Source: Utricularia gibba
Taxonomy: Eukaryota > Plantae > Magnoliophyta
Length of the DNA stretch: 64,000 nucleotides
Assembly: GCA_002189035.1 (NCBI GenBank)
Contig: NEEC01000025.1
Location: forward strand, 434,001-498,000
Reading direction: 5' to 3'
Both the position numbers and the translations under genes were made by a program. A model generated the notes under the pieces. It saw only the letters and a program-made list of their open reading frames with translations, was not told the origin of the DNA and made no database searches. Shown one piece after another: positions 55,645 to 64,000 of this stretch (position 1 is the first letter of the stretch; each line of letters starts with the position of its first letter).

Positions 55645-58600
55645 TCAAGATTGCATTCTAACTTCTATCCCTTCATCCAGCAGGTGCTTCTTCACGAATT
55701 GGATGGGTACCTGTGGTGGGGAAGAGCAGGGCGCATGCGGTATGCAAAATGGAAAGTTTTTTTTTTTTTCTTTGAATGACGGGTGACTGTACCTCTCTCC
55801 GGTGGAAGATACCGGCAGCAAGGGCAGCGGATGCTTTTGTTTTGGAGAAGACCTCTGAGAAATGCTCCACTGCACCAGCACCACTACTGGCGATCACTGG
55901 AATGCTCACGGCATCCGAGATGAGCTTTACCAGATCTATATCAAATCCTTTCCCTTGGCCTGGTGCACACTTCCAACTATCAGATGTGTGCAGTTTGTGT
56001 ACAGACAACATTCAATTAAAACCTAAAATCTAGCTAAGGGCCAGGGCGAGTGGAACTTTAGAGAATGACTGACTAGATCCATGTAATGGGAACTCTTTTT
56101 TTTTTTTTAAATAGGAAAAAGAATACCAAAACTGGATGGGGAAAGTTACATTACCATCACAGTCGATGCAATTTAAGAGTATTTCTCCAGCTCCAAGCTC
56201 TTCCACAGCTTTAGCAAGCTCATAGGCTCCAATTGGTCGACCTTCTCGTCCACCGTTCACCTAAACACAGCCCAGAGAAAAGTTCAAATACTCAAAAACA
56301 AATGCTTCATTTCACTTAGAAAAAGAAGGGAAGAAAGGAATACCGTGCATTGATACCATGCATACTTCTCACCGTTTGGACCTGAAGCCACAGCCAAAGT
56401 GCTTGTTATTTACTAACAATTTAGCATTTCATTTTTTTTGAACAATCGATTAAATAGAGCGTGAGATTCTTGGAATCCATCTGCATATCTACAACTTAAG
56501 ACCTATAAATCCCCCATGGGGAATCAAACTATGTATATTTAATAACCGCCTTTTCCATTGAGCAACTATACCTGGCTTCGTGACTCTTATGGACTTGAAG
56601 CCTACATCACTTGGATCCTTCACATATAACCTTCGAGGATCAATGCTTATAACCACAGCCTAAGGAATACGGAGGAAATGCAAGAAAGAAATGAGGGCAT
56701 GTTTTTAATAAATAAAAAAAGTCATATTCAGGAAGTAATAGGATAACATTAGCTTCACCTGGTTTCCGTACACTCTTGAGATTTGCTCTATGCTGCTCTT
56801 TCCAGTTTTTACCTACAACAAATTGACATATCAGTCTTATATTAAACAAAACATCAAGGAAAAAGTAATGAACTTAGAGATTACATTAGTTTTGAGGTAT
56901 TCCTCAGCGGCATACACGGCATCGCTTCCTATTGAAACTTTGTCTGCACCAGACCGAAAATACTCTGAAGCAACGTCCAAACTTGAGTAGTATCTACAAT
57001 ATTATTATCATCAGAATAGCAACCAAAGGAATAGAAAATATCTATCACGAGATTGAAAATTTTAGTTGCTGAAAATCAGTATGATTTTAAGAAACCTATA
57101 CTTACTTCCCGTTTTCATCGGTAAATTCGCGAATACCACCTCCAACTGTCAAAGGAACAAAAACGTTCTCCGAGGCGTACCTCAACACCTACAGCAACAA
57201 TGAATGCAACTTCAAATTACAATTATGCTGTCGTTGTATGTTCAAAATGATTTTAACCGAATATCCTTTTTCTTGCTAAGCTATCTGGAAAGAACAATGG
57301 CTGCATTCCAATATCTCGAAGATGACAAACCTGCAGCATTGGTAAGTCGCCCAGAGGGAAGTCTCGGAAGCCAGTAATATTCAGAAAGCTGACCTGCAAA
57401 ATACAAATCTCAGTTTTTTTGGGGTGAGCTCTCTATTGCACTTAATATCTTTTTCAATGTTGAACACATGAGCATTTTCTAAATTAGCATCATATTTTCC
57501 CCTTGCGGCTGAAGAAAATTGCATACTTAAATTACATTAAAAGGACTCATTAGCAACAGAAGAATACCTCATCGGCACCATCTTCATAATACTCTTTTGC
57601 AAGATCCACGGGCTTGCCAAGGTTTCTCACCTTGAAGAAAAAGAGATTATATAGAGACACACTTCGGAACTGTGGACATGGCACAAATGATGAAATACCT
57701 CGCTTTCTTTGCCATGCTCCCTCACATCATATTGATCTCCTTTAGTCACGACAAGATCACCTTTGTCATTGGCCCTAACATCAAGGCACGCGATTACCTG
57801 GCGCATAGTGAAACCCCAGGAAAAGAAAATGTCGGTATTAAAATGCAAAGACTTTCTGAACAATATGATGCTCATTCTAAATACCCGGTGTTGCATAAAT
57901 GAGCAATATAAATAGATGGCGCAAAGCTAACCGTAAAATAACCTACAAAACAATTAATAACCAATAGCCAAGTTTTAGATCAATTTCAACACTCACCCTC
58001 TTCGCTAGACTCGAAGCTGTCCCTTTGTTAGGCATCTATCTTCAGAACAACGAAGAGTTCTATTAGATGTTAACTGTTAAAGAAAATAAATCTGCAATAA
58101 TCCAATGAAAGCTACCTTTTCCGTCACATAATCAGGATACAAGAACCTCCTTAAAACCGAAAGGCCTGCCTCTGCAAAAAGTACAATCAAAACAGAATCA
58201 TAGAGTTATTTTTGGAAGTTGAGAAACAAATATTACTGTGGTTTGATGGAATTAAGATTATGCCAAGGGCTCTAACCACCACTCTTCTCTGGGTGAAACT
58301 GAACCGCATGGACATTTCCTCTCCTCACAGAAGCTATGAAGTCACCTCCATAATTGCATGTTGAAGATACCCATTCCTCATTCTCGGCTGACTGTAAATG
58401 CACGAGAGCCATTGTAGATCACATGAATGCACCATACGTGAAAAAACACCTACTAGAATGTAAAATGTCAGGAAGGATAACAGAGATTACTGGGATGGCA
58501 CGATATGAATGAACAAAATAAACATGACGGCTTCCAATATCATCCAGAATCCCAGACTTGTGCACTACATTGATTGCATTCCATCCAATATGAGGTACTC

Positions 58601-59613
58601 GACATTCTTCTGAAGAATTAAAACGGGCTACTATTCCAGGAATCAAACCGAGTCCTTTCACTGGAGATACTCCTCGAGTTAGTTCATACCACATGGTAAA
58701 AGACAAGAGCAGATAATAAAAATAAGAATCAGAGATTAGAAAATTTTCATTAAATTTCTATGCATATAAAAATGAAAATATTGCCAACGTAAGAAAAACG
58801 GAACCATTTTTATGGACCAAAAATTAAACGAGCCTCAATTGGAAGAATGAACTGATTACCTGGACCATTTTCTTCACTCGACTCGAAAAGTAACTGCAGT
58901 CCAAGGCAAATGCCCAGAAATGGGCGATCTTGCCCAATGTAATCACAAAGAGCTTCGGCGAGTCTACAATTTCCAAGAGGATTAAAATAATTCAATCCAG
59001 CTTGCCAAGCATTCCAAGGAAATTATATGAAGAATTAAATGAAATAGGACATTGGCAGCCAATCCCAGACCCCCCTTTAGAAATATAACGATGTTTTACC
59101 CGTTTCTGTTCAACACATCCATGGCAGCCGCAAAAGCACCCACGCCTGGAAAAATAAGTCTTTTGGCATTTAAAATATCCTCAGGCTCTTGAACCTGGAT
59201 GACGATACATTTCAGTTGCAAAACGAAAAACAACGCTCATAAAATTCTGTCTATGCTACAAAACATACCTCTTTAATTTTGCAGCCAAGGTAACGAATAG
59301 CATTTCGGATACTTCGAACATTTCCGGCTCCATAATCAAGCAATGTGACCACTGGCAGCAGCAATCAGACGTCCCAAAAAAACAGAAAAAATGGGAACAG
59401 CCAATCCAAACTTACATAGGCATAAACAAAGATGTATCAAGCATTCACAGAATTACCAGAATCGTCGACCGATGAAGCAGCGGCACAAACGGAGAAAGTT
59501 CTTAAGCGTCCAGCTTTAACCCTGACCCGCACAAACTGAACAGCGGGAGAACTGCCAACGCACAATGAACAGGAGGAGCAAGAAATCTTCGGTGGTGGAG
59601 CAAAAACCGCCAT
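55645..59613 (-). CDS. HISN4: Imidazole glycerol phosphate synthase hisHF, plastid-targeted; multi-exon
   Basis: Transit-peptide-like [11 protein letters not shown]..., [107 protein letters not shown]. Confidence 0.96.
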
Positions 59614-60816
59614 TCGAATGACAGCAGAATGACGGTCGTCAGGGGACGACGGCGTCGCCAGTATACTACTTCCTTTCTCCTAGGCCCAATAACCAAGCCC
59701 ATCAGACTCTCCCGGCCCATCCTTTTACCTCCAGATAGTAATCACTCCAGAGAGTGACTAAACATGCGTTAATCCGTTTTAGCGCATTCGGAAAACTCAT
59801 TAACCCCTCCGCCATTCCTTTTTCCGAGAGGGGATCGCCCTCTCGTTCTAAGTTGCGGGGATGAATATGCATGGGTTATTCGGTTTCCCATGGGGCCCCG
59901 GAATTCTTATCCCTTTCTCGGAATCAACGCAACCACAAAGCAAGAAGAGCACTTTAGCCGGAGATCAGATCGCATGATGAAGCTTTAAGGGATTCCCAGT
60001 AACAGCAGAATCGTGATCGTTTCATGCCGTTCGTACGTAAAGCACCAGACGACAAAAGCCTTGCGAACCCCGACGGGATTGAATTGGATGGAAATTCATC
60101 ATTCACCAACACGATTCTATCTTTTTTTTTCTTTGGAATAATTAGAAAAAAAAAACTCATATTTCCATCATGAGGGACTGATTTGAAAAGGTGGTATTTT
60201 CAATTGGCCCCATAAGTTTAATCAAATAGCAAAGACGCCACCCACCTCTATTTAATATCCAAACGGAATAGAATAGTATTGCTGCCGCGGTCGTTGAATG
60301 CTCAGCGGGGTTGCGCAGCCATTCCCATGGGACGCCTTCAATTAAACAACTCAATTATCAAACGCACGAATTTATTACGGGGCATGTGCTTTTTTTTTTC
60401 TATTCTTTTATTTAAATATATAAATGAATGGGTTTTTTTGTTGTTGTGCGGGTTCTTGCATCGTTGGTTGACTTTTGGACACCGGGATCCAACTCTAATT
60501 CCACCCCGAAGTCAAACTGGGAGCCGTACGACGATACATAATTCGGCTTATCGGAGCGGGGAGCTCGCACGCTCGCTCTACATGAGCACTGATTGTACGT
60601 CTCTAGTTTCAGAAGCATTGACCACCATCTATGTGAATGAATAAATAGGGATTCAAATGGTACGGATGCCGGAGCAGGAACACGGCGGGGTGCAGTGCTT
60701 TCCAGAAAGTAGGTGGAGGAGGCAAGCCATGGTCGTTGTTTGAGTTACTGACCCCATGGGTCAACGGATCTTTCACCTCCTTCAATGGCGGAAAAGAGAA
60801 AAATGGATGTGCTTTT

Positions 60817-62043
60817 TTACCGATTTTTCAATGGGAGAGTTGGTGTAAGAATGGAGTTTTCTTCTGATATTAGGACAGTTCTGTTTGATAATGATACAGG
60901 GGGCGGAGGATCATGTTGTTCCTCCCTAATGTTCAGACTATCGGAAATGAATAGAGCTCCTTCCTCGGTGTTGATCGAGGAGGCTTCAGTTTCTGATTCA
61001 TCATTCACGATTGGTGAACCAGAGGACGCTTCAGGGTGGCGTGAGGATGATTCTTCGTCATCGTTTCCTCTGATCTTAAACCAATCTTCCTCATCGCCCC
61101 AATTTGGGAAATTTGAATTGGAGCCGATTCCGGTCAAGTCCTGGATCCTGGTCGCCGGAGAATCTGAGGATGAGGAGATCGCGGTCGCAGATTCTGGATC
61201 CTCCTCCAAATCATCCCAAAACGCTTGATCCACAACACTCGTCGGGGATTCTCTGGTGGGCACTCTGAACTTACCGGAATATTCGTCGATGAACGGGTGG
61301 TACAGTAGCTCCCTCGCCGTCCACCGCTCACCGGGGTCTTTCATCAAGCACCTGGCGAGAAAGTCCTTGGCGGTGTTGGATAGCCAATCAGGGAGCGCCA
61401 CCGTGTCGCCGGAGTGCGCTACTCTGTAAAGAACAGAGATGGGATCCTTGATCTCCGGCCAGGGATTAGTTCCCGTCGCCATTTCTATAACCGTGCAACC
61501 CAGAGCCCAAATATCCGCCGCATAGCCCTGTGTTTCCCCGCGAGCAACTTCCGGCGCCATGTATGCCGGAGTTCCGGCTATTGCAGATTCGGCTTTGGAG
61601 CCCCATTTCGCACACCCGAAATCGCCGATCTTGACATCTTCGCCGCCGATCAAGATATTCTGCCCTTTGATATCGCAGTGCACAAGCCCTTTCCCGTGAA
61701 TATAGTCCAGTCCCTTGGCAATCTGGTGAACGTAAAACTGAATACTCTTCTCATCGAGGGATCCCCCGCGGCTCCTAATCAGATCTGAAAGCGTGCCTCC
61801 GGCGACGTACTCCATGAAAAGGTTAAACACGGGTTTTCCTCCATGGTCCGTCACATCGGAACCCAGGCACTTGACGACGTACGGAGAGCACAGCTCCGAC
61901 ATCACTCGCTCCTCATTCCGTAACCAACCGGAGGAACAGAGATGAGAAGATTTGACGGCGAATACTTCTCCGGCGACGGTTGTTGCGCGGTAGACGGTAG
62001 CGGAGGAGCCCCGGCCGATGACCGGACCCCGTTCCCATTCCAT
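60817..62043 (-). CDS. Intronless MEKK-type MAP kinase kinase kinase (MAPKKK15-18 clade)
   Basis: MEWERGPVIGRGSSATV, FAVKS, LFMEYVAGGTLSD, VHCDIKGQNIL, KIGDFGCAK, GTPAYMAPEV, ADIWALGCTVIEMATG. The ORF-track start at 62061 is TTG; the first ATG is 62043. Confidence 0.92.
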   Translation of the reverse strand: MEWERGPVIGRGSSATVYRATTVAGEVFAVKSSHLCSSGWLRNEERVMSELCSPYVVKCLGSDVTDHGGKPVFNLFMEYVAGGTLSDLIRSRGGSLDEKSIQFYVHQIAKGLDYIHGKGLVHCDIKGQNILIGGEDVKIGDFGCAKWGSKAESAIAGTPAYMAPEVARGETQGYAADIWALGCTVIEMATGTNPWPEIKDPISVLYRVAHSGDTVALPDWLSNTAKDFLARCLMKDPGERWTARELLYHPFIDEYSGKFRVPTRESPTSVVDQAFWDDLEEDPESATAISSSSDSPATRIQDLTGIGSNSNFPNWGDEEDWFKIRGNDDEESSSRHPEASSGSPIVNDESETEASSINTEEGALFISDSLNIREEQHDPPPPVSLSNRTVLISEENSILTPTLPLKNR

Positions 62044-62115
62044 CGCGGAGAGATTTTTCAATTGACTCCTCCAATGAATTCCGTCCGCCTTAGGTGCCCG
62101 AAGAAAGGAGGCGGG

Positions 62116-62521
62116 TATTTATAAAAGTCAGTGGTTTTGATTACGTGTACGCGAGTTCAGTTTAACAAACGTGGACCTCGCGAGCACAGAAGAATCTTCC
62201 TGGCCTATTCCTCTCCCTTTACACAATTCCCGCGAATCGAGTAAACGCCGCTCCGTCGGTGACCGCCACTCGCCTCCAGAATTACTATGTTTTTAACAAA
62301 ATAAAAATACTATTTTAATGAGCTTTCGGGGTGCGCAACGCGACACGTGGACGCGGGCGAAAGCCATGTAGATCTGCATCCGGTGGCAACAGCTTGTCCT
62401 AACTCCTAACACGCGAACCCAAGTAAAGACACGTGAGGAAAAAGAGAGCGGTGCAACGTGGCACCCGGCGAGGCGGCGCGTGTAGAAGGTAGGTCTCGAA
62501 ATGGAGGAGCCGTCGCCACGT
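62116..62521 (-). promoter_or_regulatory. MAPKKK promoter: TATA box plus ABRE/G-box cluster
   Basis: Minus-strand TATAAATA 62116-62123; ACGTGT 62143, ACGTGG 62170, GACACGTGG 62342, GACACGTG 62428, ACGTGGC 62456, GCCACGT 62515; CE3-like ACACGCG 62409. Confidence 0.7.
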
Positions 62522-64000
62522 CGACGGCAGAGCGATGGGTCGGAGGATTCTGCCAGGTGTGCCTGCCGCCATTATTCACTCCCATATTAATTCAACACCT
62601 GTCATGGTATTGTTGTACTTTTTACCATTACCACCCCTCCCTCCTATTTTCGAGTTGGCACATTTACTGCGACACCCCCTTGTTATCAAACATGTATTTT
62701 TAGTTAAATATTACCTCGTGTGCTTAAGTATTTTATGAGTTTTATTAAACAAATCAAATTTCATAAGAATGAATTATAGTCTTATTCTATTTAAAACAAC
62801 ATATATCAAAATATATGCAGCCCCTCCCTCCCTCACTTATGAATGGGCCTGGCCTGCCCAGACAGCGACACACCAAACTACTGGAATTAAATGTTGCGTT
62901 TTCAATTTGTTTGTTTTTTAATGGTACAAGATTCACATTGTACTGTCTGTCAATTATTGTGTTAGGACACGTGACATGGCATGTGTGGGATGAATGAGCT
63001 ACGCTACAGCTTGGTGGTGTTATAACTCTGTAGCACTGAATGGGGAGGTCGGCCCTAAAATCCGGTGGCCGAGAATTCAAGTTGAGGGGGGAATCTCAAC
63101 GTGCACCATGCTATCCTATCCTATCGCTGCTATTTTCTTTTGTTTCACATAATGTCAATTGTTTTGTAATTAAAATATAATTTTAATGACGTAAAAATTT
63201 TAGTTTTACTCAATCAAACAGTTTTAAAATGTGGGTCGGGGTCGGGTCACCAACCCTCCTCGCCCTTTGAACTTTTCAATAATGTGGGCCAGAAGTCCCC
63301 AGGAGGGTGGATATGGAACCTGTAAGAACCTTCCCGTTTCCTCTCCCCCCCAACTCGACCCACTTCGTTGACCGCTGACTCCACCCAACTGGGCCCGACC
63401 TGCGGTTGACCGGCTTCAGAAGGGTGGCTGGTTGGGCCATTATGGTTCGATCCAATTACTTTATTATTGGGCTTCGGCCCATTCTAAGGAAAAGGGAACC
63501 CCACCCTCGTTTTTTATTCGGAATTAAATATTATTATTATTTATTCCGAGTCGGCCGCGACATCGAGAAGAAGCACGTTGTGCGGTCGGAATGAGTCCAT
63601 TTACAGGCCACAAAAATAGGGGGGTGGGTCTTCTCGTGCTTCCAGGACCACCATATAAAATAAATTACAAAGGCGTGGCCCAATTTATTCCAATAATATT
63701 AATAAAGTAATCAATTAATTAAATGTGGTCTTGAATCCCACGCCACTCCCCTTCATAATTTCATTTTACTCAAGAAAAGTGTGACAAAATTGAGGCTTTG
63801 ATTGCAGCAGTGTGTTGCTCATGATTAAAATATTAGGGTCGCCTTTGGTGGCCTATAAGATTATAGGGTTCATTTTGATTACCATCTCCTCAAGAGCACC
63901 ACAAATTCTAGGCATAGGGCCGTACGTTATACGTAATTTAATAATTTAAATATTTTATATAATTTATTTGTAAGTATTTTTACCCAGGGCATGTAAATGT

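Noticed and set aside
63200-63640. ORF 63406..63594 and GTGGG(T/C)C / TTGACC motifs at the window end
   Set aside because: No recognisable protein. The motifs look like ordinary promoter sequence for a gene outside the window or for the MAPKKK.

Overview
Eukaryotic (eudicot plant) nuclear DNA from a very compact genome. It holds about 23 intron-containing or single-exon protein-coding genes in 64 kb (roughly one per 2.8 kb), with many 63-100 bp introns and several intergenic gaps under 350 bp. In order: partial mitochondrial-type CDS, aspartic proteinase, MPC1, DUF1068, EBS, ANTH clathrin adaptor, CCT, PICC, SCL23, two tandem CYSTM genes, OTU11-like, MUR4/UXE, PIF4/5-like, PAO2-like, FLA2-like, SGP1, small MGNC/DUF4228-like protein, NIP-like RING-H2, ATG8, BRD13-like, HISN4 and MAPKKK17/18-like. 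I saw no tRNA, rRNA, CRISPR array or intact transposon. The most striking pattern is that six unrelated genes are each broken by a frameshift in the same direction (one base short), mostly at G/C runs. This is most simply long-read consensus error, although the SCL23 site sits on an in-frame G_GGA_AAG slippery heptamer. Other points worth checking are an orphan promoter at about 39.6 kb pointing antisense into FLA2, a degenerate phyB-binding motif in the PIF, upstream ORFs on the PAO leader, an SCL23 promoter apparently nested in the CYSTM 3' UTR, and an unexplained GC-rich island at 47.4-48.2 kb. All family calls are from manual translation and recalled family motifs; no database search was run.
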